From the NCBI GenBank assembly GCA_028534125.1, contig CM052816.1:53384001-53448000 (forward strand): 64,000 nucleotides of DNA, in the 5' to 3' direction. Shown piece by piece: positions 50,746 to 61,000 of the stretch. A model generated the notes under the pieces. The model had not been told where the DNA came from, did no database searches, and saw only the letters and a list, made by a program, of their open reading frames with translations. The position numbers and the translations under genes are program-made. This DNA is from Lama glama (Eukaryota). Numbering within the stretch: the stretch's first letter is position 1; every line of letters starts with the position of its first letter.

Positions 50746-51510
50746 TGACCCCCCAAACCCATGCATATCATACAGCAAATCCAAGCCCCTAACCCTTTAC
50801 CGGAGCCCTCTCAGCCCTGTTAATAACCTCTGGTCTGGTTACATGGTTCTACTTGAGTTCAGTGTTACCACTGTCAGTAGGCCTACAAGCCAATACCTTA
50901 ACAATATATCGGTGGTTATGAGACGTCGTCCAAGAGGGCACCTTTCAAAGTCCCCACGCCCCTAAATTGTTCAAAAAGGACTTTGTTATGGAATGACTCA
51001 TTATTTCAGAAGTCCTCTTTTACTGGCTTCTTCTGGGCCTTTTATCGTTCAAGCCTTGCTCCCACACCTGCGGTGGGCGATGCTGACCGCTAACAGGCAC
51101 CTGCCCTCTAAATCCATTAGAAGTGCTGCTGCTTAATACCTCTGTCCTGTTAGCCTCTGAGTATCCGTTACCCAAGCCCGTCACAGCCGCACAGAAGGTA
51201 ATCACATGCATCTAACTTCAAGCCCTTTGTATTACAGTTGCCCGCAGAGTTTACTTCACGTTACCGTAAGCTTCAGAGTACTAGGCAACGCCCATCCCCC
51301 TCTCAGATGCTGTGTCCTTTACAGCCACGGCCTCCACCGCCTGTGTGTGATTGTCGGCGCTGCTTTCCTCATCGTCTGCTTCTTGAGTCAATTCAAAATT
51401 TCACTTTGCATCCAATCATCATTTTGGGCTTGAAGCTGCCACTTGATACTGACATTTCATAGATGTCGTGTGACTGTTCCTTTATGTCTCCATTTATTGA
51501 TAAGGTTCTT
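50745..51510 (+). pseudogene. MT-CO3: COX3 (NUMT)
   Basis: taATGacc..caaacccatgcatatcat; accggagccctctcagcc (TGALSA); ccattagaagtg..cttaatacctctgtcctgttagcctct; tgacatttcatagatgtcgtgtgactgttcctttatgtctccatttattga; disrupted. Confidence 0.95.
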
Positions 51511-51579
51511 ATTCTTTTAGTATTAGAGTCCAGTTGACTTCTAGTCAGTTAGCTTTGGTATAATCTGAGAAAAAAAATA
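51511..51579 (+). pseudogene. MT-TG: mt-tRNA-Gly copy, degenerate (NUMT)
   Basis: attcttttagtat...agttgacttctagtcagt; anticodon reads TCT instead of TCC; located between COX3 and ND3. Confidence 0.85.
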
Positions 51580-51891
51580 GTTACACTGGTATTGTCCACA
51601 AACATAGCACTAATGTCACTACTTGTATTCATCGCATTCTGACTTCCCAATGAACTATTTATTCAGAGAAAACAAGTCCTTGTGAAGGTGGATTTGACCC
51701 TATAGTCATCACACATACCTTTCTTGATAAAATTTTTCTTAGTGGCTATCACATTTCTCCTCTTTGACCTAGAAATTGCCCTCCTCCTGCCTCTACCATG
51801 AGCATCTCAAACAGATAATCTAAACACAATACTCATTACAGCACTACTTTTAATTCTGCTGCTAGGAACAAGCCTAGCCTATGGATGAACC
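51580..51891 (+). pseudogene. MT-ND3: ND3, truncated near its 3' end (NUMT)
   Basis: 51727 onward translates (mito code) as [36 protein letters not shown]...SLAYGWT; upstream IAFWLP and GFDP motifs. Confidence 0.95.
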
Positions 51892-52170
51892 AGTTTGGGA
51901 AGTGAGAATGGCATCTTAGTTTAGTTTTTACTGTTTTTATTACTGATGAAATTCTGTGTTTTTTCTAAATAGAATAGTCATTTGTTTTTTCTCTTTTGTG
52001 ATTGTGTATGTCCTTTTCGGGTGAAATTGTCACTTATGACAACTGTGACATTTATGATCTTGTCCCATTTTCCTAGAAGGATTTATTGGAATGTGTAACT
52101 TTGTGCATACTGTCTTCTTGGTAATAATCAATTGTGTGCCAGATTGTCCTATATTTGAGTGAAAATCAGG
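51892..52170 (-). mobile_element. Ancient L1 (L1ME-like) ORF2 remnant
   Basis: gtgagaatggcatcttag..ttattactgatgaa..gtcatttgtttttttctcttttgtga..tgtccttt resembles antisense L1 ORF2 3' region. Confidence 0.55.
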
Positions 52171-52489
52171 TGTGGAAATGTCAAAGAGAACACATTCAGA
52201 AGTCTGGATGTGACTTGTTGGTTGAGACTTTCAGCATCTGGAAAGTCAGCTCTCCCAGTGAGCACCCCGTCCTCCCTCACCCAGACCTCACAGGCACCCT
52301 GTCACCACCCTGCGTCCTGCCCTCTACTTTTGTGTCCCCCTGCCTGTCCAGGCAGATATGGTGTAACTCCCGCTGACAGAATGATGACAATAAACACAGC
52401 ACGTTGGCTCAAAAACAGTGTTCATTGACCCCTGGAAGTGACCCTTGTCAGCTTCTTTTCTCCTCATGTTTCTCCTCAGACTGCTTGCC

Positions 52490-52970
52490 TGAGAAGACTT
52501 TTCTTGCCTGCCGCTCAGTACTGTTTCCAGGTGGCCTTTGACCCCCTTCTCCCCTTCATCTCTTTGCATTCTCCAAATGATCAGGCCTACCCCGTGCCTT
52601 CAGCTGCCGCCCATAGGCCAGACCTCCCCTGACCAGACCTCCCCTCCGGGCTGCAGGCCCACGCAGCCAGCTGCCTGTGGGGGGGTCTTCCCCTGGTGTC
52701 TCACCGGCACTTCTGCAGCAGTGTGCCCCCAGATGAACCTGTTCCCTTTCCCTGACTGGCCCTGCAGCCTGGATTCCCTCTCCTGGTAACAAGATCTCAC
52801 TTCTCCTCCACTTCATCCACCACACCTGACATGTGGGCAGCATCTTGAGACCCAGCTTTTCACGCATTGCCCACATCCCATGAGTTATGTGAAGTCCTGT
52901 CAGCTCTGCCTTCTTCACGTCCCTTCATCCACATCCCTCTTCCTCCCGCCCTAGTCCAGGCTTCACTCCC
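52490..52970 (+). mobile_element. L2 fragment (GC-shifted)
   Basis: ccagacctcccct..cagccagctgcctg..tctcaccggcacttc..aagtcctgtcagctctgcct..gccctagtccaggc. Confidence 0.7.
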
Positions 52971-53803
52971 TGAAGGTATAGTCTTTAAAAATAAGTAAAT
53001 CAGGTTTCTCTAAAATAAAATTGACATTTTGCAGAACATGGAATTGTAATGGGATATTTATTAATTCTTTGTGTGAAGTAAATCCTCATCCATTAATTTG
53101 CCTTTTGTAGAAACTTGAATTCTTCACCTACTTGCTTGGTTTAAAGCAGGATACACCTTGAATAATATCTAGTACATATTAGTCAAATGAGAGGTCCTGG
53201 GCATTACTCTCATTTTGATTTGAGGGCTTGAAATTTTTCTTTGGGTCTTAATTATTTCCATATTCCATATGTATTGGGGCTTTTTTGTAATATTGAAATT
53301 ATCCTTTATTAGCTAATTTTTTCAACTTCACCTCCCAGGGAACTCAGGCAAGAAATACAAATATTTTTACAAGATTCTTTGAGGGAGTAAAATTAATATT
53401 TTTGAGAATGAAAATACAGTGAATTGTCTCCTAAGGATTGAAAGACTTTATTAAGATAGCAAAATATCCTTCCCCAGGGCTACGTTTTTTTTCAGAGCTT
53501 ATTGGAAATATGGTGCTGGGAAGGATAAAAGGAAATTTAATACCATGGAAGCTGGAAACATCCCCTGAAATCCAGTCTGTCTTTAGAACACTTATAATAC
53601 ACTAATTCCGAGAGATTTAGGACAGCTCAGTTTGCTTCCTGAGGCTGTCAGGCTCCTTATGACCAAGGCACAGAAAGGTTCTTCAGCATGAACATGCCAT
53701 AACAGTGTTTTATTTACAGTGAATAGTCACTGCACCTGACTATGAGATGTCCCCTGGGCCTTGCCTTCCCCTGATGGTATCAAGTTGCTTCATTGTTGGT
53801 ACT

Positions 53804-54150
53804 TTTCTTAGACTAGGTTCCCCCGAAGCAGATCCTGTGACAAGGATTCCAGCACAAGTAGGTTGCTTGGGAGGTAATCCTGGAAAGCACTGTCAAGGGA
53901 ATAGGCGTGTGAATCGGGGAGAAGAGAGCCAGTAACAGGGTGCGCTTGAGAAGGTGGCTGAATCCCTGGTGAATTCTGAGAAACGTTCTTCTGAATCCTC
54001 CTATCTGAGGGGCCAGCATGCTGGGATACGTCTCTTCCAACTCAGATTCATCATTGATAGCTCTCCTGAGGCCAGCACTTAAGATCTGTTCTTTCCTGGA
54101 GCCAAAAAGAGTGGAGGTAGAGATCCTGAGTGCTTGCCACAAGTGTGTGC
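53804..54150 (-). mobile_element. ERVL-class solo LTR
   Basis: ttagactaggttcccccgaagcagatcctgtgacaaggattccagcacaagtaggttgcttgggaggtaatcctggaaagca resembles the reverse-complemented 3' end of ERVL LTRs; right boundary uncertain. Confidence 0.7.
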
Positions 54151-54869
54151 GGAAATGGGGGGTCAGGGGGTCTGGCTGGGCAGCGGCAGTGCCTGCTGAG
54201 TGTGCTGCTTTGCCATTTTTAACACAGACAAGTTCACTTGAGAGAGACATCTCAGATGCTCAGAAGCAAAGAGCGTTCAGAAATCGTTAGTAGAATGTAC
54301 TTGAATCTCGTCAGTGCCTGATAGATGTCAGAGTGAATTTAAAAGATACTGAGAATTTGCCCCTGATCCTAAAACAGGGAAAGGAGGTTATGGAGAGAAC
54401 CTCTGAGACCTGTCTAGCTATTGTTCCTAAAATGACATGTCGTGCCTCAGTCACGAGGGCTCATCAGCCATTATTGAAACCAGTGGAACAGCTGGATTGT
54501 GCGGGCTCCTTGTGGGGCTGAGCTTTCCTCAGTGCTAATCAGCCTACAGAATTATTACTAGGCCCACAAGGAAATTACGATATTTTTTCCAGGCACTCAG
54601 ATCTGGAAGAAAACAAAAATGTGACGGAAATCTGTGGCCAGCCAAATGTGAACAGAGCTACCTTCATTACTTGGGGAAATTCCTGGGGAAGGAAAGAAGG
54701 TGGAATCCAGTGCTGTTAGTGGACCTTAAAAAGAATCCTTCCCTATCCACATTTGTGCTTTTTTGTTGTACAGCAGTCTCAATGACACATCTTAACATGG
54801 AAAATCTATCCTAATATCCTGTTGACTGTTCTACTGGTGTCATTTAGGGGATGAGGGGGTAAGAACTTG

Positions 54870-55260
54870 AAGCTATTTAGGCCTATTTTGTGATGGCAGG
54901 ACAACAGGAGAGTGTTCCTGTCCTTAAAAAGCCTCTAGTCCAGCCGTGAGACAGAGAAATAGATGCTACTGTGATAAACTGATTACGTGGGGGACAGAGG
55001 AAGGAGCAATGAATTCTTCTGTTTGGGAGGCATCCCAGAGCTGAGACATTTGAGTTGAGGCTTTAAGATGGCTAGGTTTCACTCAGGCTTGAAGGAGGAG
55101 ACTATCAGCCCAGGCGGAGACAGGCAAGGGCAAAGGCGGGGGCCCGAAAGTGCAGAGCGTGGCCAGGCAGCCATGAGTGGTTGGTATAACTGAAATACAG
55201 GATGCAGTGAGGTTGTGCGGGCAGGCAGGCAGAAGTCAGCTGGTGGAAGTCCTGAGGGCC
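54870..55260 (-). mobile_element. L2 fragment
   Basis: ttcctgtcctta..tctagtcc..acagaggaaggagcaatgaattc..gacatttgagttgaggcttt. Confidence 0.6.
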
Positions 55261-55646
55261 TCACCCTGCCTGTGCCCATCTCTCCTCCACTAGTGTCAAT
55301 AGGTGTGTACCACTTATGGCCAAGCATTCCCCTTGGCTCGTGACCACGTTCCCATCAAACATCCTGCCATGGTAGAAACAAACAACTTAGGTGCAGGATG
55401 ATGAGTGGAGCTTAGAGACCCTGTGTGGGATTCAGAGTCTCATCGATGCAACCTTTTGGTAGTGAAACCTATATTTTGTGCTAAGTGACTGATAAGCGAT
55501 CCCTGTATGGCTAGTGGATGCCTTGCTGAAGGGAAATTGACATGCTTCATGCAGATGGTCTATTAATGCACAAAAAATTATTATGTATCCTCTATTTTCC
55601 ATGTATTTTCTATCATTCCGTTCATTCTAAAGAGCTCTACATTTTT

Positions 55647-55909
55647 TTTAACATTTTTTATTGATTTATAATCATTTTACAATTTTGTGTCAAATTCCAG
55701 TGTTCAGCACAATTTTTCAGTCATTCATGGACATATACACACTCATTGTCACATTTTTTTCTCTGAGTTATCATAACATTTTGTGTATATTTCCCTGTGC
55801 TATACAGTGTAATCTTGTTTATCTATTCTACAATTTTGAAATCCCAGTCTATCCCTTCCCACCCTCTACCCCCCTGGTAACCACAAGTCTGTATTCTCTG
55901 TCCATGAGT
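55647..55909 (-). mobile_element. Young 5'-truncated L1 3' end (camelid type) with perfect TSD
   Basis: aacattttttattgatttataatcattttacaat...ttccctgtgctatacagtgtaatc...cccctggtaaccacaagtct; identical 19-bp TSD taaagagctctacattttt (55628-55646, 55910-55928). Confidence 0.95.
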
Positions 55910-57952
55910 TAAAGAGCTCTACATTTTTGGAAATACCCAGCTGTGTTTAACAGTGTATAGAATTGGTTGTGCTTATTTTTTCCTAATCCCCTCCCTTTTC
56001 CGTGCTGTTTGTCTTGCAAGCATTAGTGTGCTGGAGTTCTGGCTGTGCTTGAGGAGCACGCCTCCTGTTAGAATCCTGCGCTGTGTGGGTTGAGGAGAGG
56101 AACAGAGTAATAGGCTTTTGTTTTTCCCTCATATTACGTTAAGCAGTTAAATCCGGTTAGTCGTCATCATTGTCTTTTGTTTCCGATGGAGTAGCTGTCT
56201 TGGGAGAGGGGAAGAGAACTCAACGTGGTGTGCATGTCCTAGGGACGTTCCTCAGGGTGAATTAGGAGCAGGAGCTGAGCGTGATTCCCAGACACACCTC
56301 TAGAAACTCCAAGGAAAGTTGGTTCAATTATTTTCTCACCAAATCTTGGACTGACTGGTCTCTGGCTGCTTAAGTTAAAAATTGCACGTAGTTCATCCAC
56401 TCTCAAAAAGGCTCTCCAAATGGCTTTGCTGTAGAATTCCCCTAAACAGTCACCTTGTTTATATCTTAGACTGACCAGTGTGCTCACAAGTCTTTCTCCC
56501 TTAGGAATTTCCACTTCCTCTTTTATCATTCATAGAGAGTTTTTTCCCATGGAATTCCCCATTCTTCTGTAGATTCATTTCTATTCCAGCCTTTGAAACT
56601 GCATTCAGGCTTCCAGGAGATGTTTCCCTGATGATTTCAGAGCAAAAGATAAAGACTTAAAAGTATTTGATGCCAAAGAAAGACATATTAGGACATTCTG
56701 AGTCTGATTTAGCAAATTGGCCCCTGACTGCTGTGTGTCTCTGAGTGCATCATTTGCCCTTTAACGAATGAAGGTAAGAATTATCAATTCTAGGAAACTG
56801 ATTCCACAATCAGACGCATAGATCTTTCTCTCTTCCCCTTGTCAGTCATTCTCCCCAGTGCAAGAGAAGAAAACAGAAGTAAATGGGATATTTTCCTAGT
56901 CTTGGATTTAGCATCCAGTTTGCAATGTGTATCACTGTGTGCGGGCACTCTCCTCTGGGTGCAGGGGCTGTGATGGGAGCCTGTCCTTGAATTTGAGGAG
57001 CCTGCTCTTGTTCCAGGTCTTGTGAGTGCTCTCGTCCTCACAGCCCTAAATCTTGATTTGGCCTGGCCTTGCCCACGTGAATCTTCACCCACTGCTAGGA
57101 CCATCATAGTCTCATGGTCAGAGTATTAGATTAATTGTTTCCATGCTATAGCTATTGAAAACTGCTGTGCAAAGCCTGGTTTTGAGCATGGATGAGCTTT
57201 TTCTTTCTGAATGAGCAGAAAATTGTATGGGACGGTACAGACTGGGGGCCCGTAGATCAGAAGGAGAGTGGTTCTTTAGTGGCCTGTCAACCCCTTGTGG
57301 GGGAACATGGGCAATGCTGTTTTCCCTGAATTTTAGGCTTGTGACGGCCCATCAGAGCAAATCCTAGCATTCATGCTCTAGGAATCAAGGCTTTTGTTAA
57401 TGTTTAAAAATATTACATCTACAGATGAAGACCCCAAACTTTCATGCCTACAACTTTGAGGAAGATTTTCTAGGGTTAATCAAGATGATTTTGAGTAGAA
57501 GTTTCTCCATGTCTAATTACCTGGAAGATAACTGGTGACCTTTGGTTTTATAACCTCAACCCAGGACTTGCAGTAGTGTGTGTCTCACATACTAGAGAGT
57601 ATTTTAGACACTTGGGACATTTCTGGGATGTTTGAAAAGATATCAAGTCAAAGTATGCTGAACTAGAATTGTTCTCAAAATCCAAGATTCATGACTGCAC
57701 TTTCCAAAATGTTGTTACAGGAAAGTGGTCCTCCTTGTCCTCTATAAACATAATTGTTCATCATTAAACAAAGTTAAATAGGATTTATTTTTACTGCAGA
57801 ACTTCTCAGAGGCTTTAACATGCTAATGTGTACAGTGGCTTTTCAAGGGTGGGATATAAGATTCAGCATTTGTCCTGGGACCCCTTTGATCTGAAAGCAC
57901 CTGCAGCCATCTCCCAGAGCTCACATCACTGACACAGTGAGGAAGATGCTTA

Positions 57953-58420
57953 CATGGTGGATTTAAAGGGTTGCAGATCCTTTTCAGCGCTTCCCCTCCA
58001 GAACTGGAGCCTTCTTTCCTTACCTGTTAAATCTGGGCTGGCCTTCTGACTTGCTTGGAAGGACAGATGCAGCCCAAGTGTCACATGAGTTCCAGAGAGC
58101 CCAGGTCTCTCGAGGTCTGGTGGCTTCTGCTTTCACCCTGTTGGGGCTCTGCCCTGCGACCACCGTGTGAGCAGGCTGGCCTCGCCTACAAGCGGGCGAG
58201 AGGCCCGTGGAGGAGAGCCGAGGTGTCCCCATCAACAGGCAGCCTTTAATTGCCAGGCGTGCGAAGGACGCCTCCGACGGCCTTCAGCACAGCTGACCCA
58301 ACTGAGAGCGGTGCGTGAATGAGCCCAGGCAACCCACGGAATCGTGAGAAGTCATAAATCACTGTTGACTTAAGCCGCTGAATGAGGAGCTTTGTTACAC
58401 AACCATAGTTAACAGACACA
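57953..58420 (+). mobile_element. MLT1F-like (ERVL-MaLR) solo LTR, near full length
   Basis: tggtggatttaaag start, aatctgggctggcctt..gacttgctt, cccacggaatcgtgaga, ttaagcc..ttgttacacaaccatagttaacagacaca end. Confidence 0.85.
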
Positions 58421-59744
58421 TTAACATCAGTGGTGCACCCGACAAAAACTCTGAAACAAGACAGAAAAAAGATGGCTGTTTATCTACTCAGATACTTTCT
58501 ATGTAGCTTTTCTGGCTTAAAGCTAAATTTCTGGACAGGGATTTTCTAGAAACCTGAATCACAGGAACGGTTAACAAGAACCTAATGTGTCTGGCATGTG
58601 ATTCGCAGCACCAGAAGGCGGCACCTCATCACAGAAGGAGCGGGCCCACGTGGTCCTGCTGACGCTGCCCCGGGAAGGTCAGAGGAGCTAAAAGCTGTCG
58701 TGCTCCCACCCGCTCTCAGCGACGTGTTCCAAGGGCTGTCCGACAGCTGTCTCTGCAGGTGACCGGTGTCACCGAGGGCTCGTCCTTTCAGCTTAATAAT
58801 TAGGTTTCAGTGTATGTCTGCGCCACCCGCCGACCGGCTGCAGGGATGTGCGATCTTGCCAGTGTCCCCGTCATAGGGCAGGTTTAATCATGCTGGGCTC
58901 CGTGGAGCAAATCTGATTAGCTGCTTTCACAGGGGCCCAGGGTCAGCAGGCCCTGTGAGATGGGGAAAGGTAAGAGGCCTGGGCACTGCCCTCTGCTGAG
59001 GCCTGTCGGCGGTGGTCCTGGCCGCGCTGCGTGCTCAGGCATCACCCCCACCATCCTCTTGGCTCCCCGGGGCCGGGGGAGCTGCGGACGCCGATGTTGG
59101 GGCCGCAGCTGCGAGGCCTTGGGCAGAGCCCGTCCATAGCTACGCCCAGACCTTAAAAGGCTCTGACTGGAGGATCATGACAGTCAGGCAGTCAGGCCAT
59201 GGCCACACTGGCCGCCACGAGCTGGGAAGAAGCAGAAGGACCTGAGAAACCTAGGAGCTGGAGCTGGAAGGGACCACTTGGTCCTGAAGCCTCTCCCTCT
59301 GTCATGGCCCGATGGTTCCCCCGGGAAACGCCGCAGCACTTTGTAGAATCTGTTTCCGAATGACTCAGGCTGGGAGTCTTCCAACGTCCCCTGGGGAGGT
59401 GGAGCGGCTTTCTCCAGGAGGAAATACTCTCCGCACAATTGGTTGGGACCTTTCGTTGTTGGCTGCAGCCCCATCACTTCTGGCTGGTCTCCCTCAGACC
59501 ACCCTGAACAAGGCCCCCCACCCCTGGTCTTCCCACAGTTCAATCTCTGTCAGGCTTCCCCGAGCCGCCACGAAGCAAGGGAGGGGGCCTGCGTCCCAGC
59601 CTCTGTGCTTTCTCAGCTCATGACTTTCTCCGGCTGCCCCAGGGTTCAGATCCCCTCCTCCAAATTTCACTCTCACTTTTCGTCCCTCCTGTTACATCTC
59701 ATGCATGTGAAAACTTGTGCCCACACGTCACATGCCCTGTAAGG

Positions 59745-59747
<3 letters not shown>

Positions 59748-59782
<35 letters not shown>
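59748..59782. repeat. (TG)17 microsatellite
   Basis: Perfect GT run. Confidence 0.95.
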
Positions 59783-59783
<1 letters not shown>

Positions 59784-60864
59784 TCTGCCATGGGAATGTC
59801 ATTTTCGTTGAAAAGTATTTGAAAGTTCTTTAGAGTTTGTGTTAGATTAGATCAACCCTGGTTTATGTGTCATGGCCCAGTGGGTGCACAAAACCTGTGA
59901 CTGGGGCTTGACTCCCATGGAAGCCAGTGACAGTGCCAGCGCACATCATCCACAGTGGTTGGTGCAGCCGTGTGGACACGGTGGTCCCAGGGCGTTTCTT
60001 CTGGGGGTTGATTATCTCAGTTTGTCAGTAGAACAAAGAAGATAAGGCTTGTGTGTCTGCATGGACCGCAGCCGTGGTAGGGATAGTCAGTAAGCGTGGG
60101 CTTGTGGTTCGTGGTCTCTGGCTTTGTTGTCCCCGGCGAAGCTGGCAGCTGGAGAGCGGGCGCCCCGCGGTGAGACCCTTGGTGCTCAGGCCATGTGGCG
60201 TTTGTGGGCCACGAGGTCCTAGTAGGGAGAGCTGTGTAGATCAGGGCTTTTCTGAGCACGTCCCACAGAGCGCTGCAGTTCCTGGGGCCGTTTTCAGGGC
60301 CACCGAGAGGTGATGGTCACGTCGGGAGCATGGTAGCCCTCGTGAGCCTCTTCCTTTTTAACGGCACTGTCTGCTTTGATCTCCTTCATATACAGAACTG
60401 GGGTTGCTTGTCAGGTTCCATCTGACAAGTCGTGTTCTATGGGCAGAAAAAAGTTTGCCAACCGCAGGTTCAGAGGACTGACTTCTAGTGAAAACAAACA
60501 GCAAGAGAAGCCTCTAGCCAAGCAAGTAACGATTACGTTTCTGGGATTCACATAGATCAATCCACAGACATTTGGAAGCAGCAGAAAGCAAAGAACTAAA
60601 CAAATAGATGTTTCTGGGTAACTGCTATGTCACCAGGAAACTCTTAGTATAAGCAGAATATGTAGACTGTGACCTTTGAGTGGCAAGGGGAACAACAGGC
60701 CAGTTCTGGTCATCTGTGCAGGTGACTCGACCAGATTGTGTTGTCTTCAAGTAAGCCCAGCGGGCCCTGGGGTGGAGGTCGGTGAGAGTCACGTGATAAA
60801 AGCTACCCTTCCTGAGAGCTTTCCCTTTGCTGAGCACCGTTCCTCGGATGCATCGTCCATGCTA

Positions 60865-61000
60865 GGAAACCCAGGTTCTGTCCTTATCCCCATTTCACAC
60901 ATGGGGAAACTGAGGCTCACAGATGGGGTAATCTGCCCAAGGTCACACAGCTGATACAGTTATGGAGCTGGGGAGGGGCCCCTTGGGCTAGACTTTATGT
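60865..61000 (-). mobile_element. MIR SINE
   Basis: ttatccccatttcacacatggggaaactgaggctcacagatggggtaatctgcccaaggtcacacagct. Confidence 0.9.

Larger units (their letters stand above)
49538..51891 (+). pseudogene. NUMT: nuclear copy of mtDNA spanning COX2(3')-trnK-ATP8-ATP6-COX3-trnG-ND3
   Basis: Collinear vertebrate mitochondrial gene order, recognisable peptide motifs in mitochondrial code, many stops and indels. Confidence 0.97.

Noticed and set aside
50271..51462. ORFs with ATP6- and COX3-like peptides as functional genes
   Set aside because: Short frameshifted pieces of a decayed NUMT with no intact reading frame.
52618..52645. 13-bp direct repeat ccagacctcccct
   Set aside because: Small slippage duplication within an L2; unremarkable.
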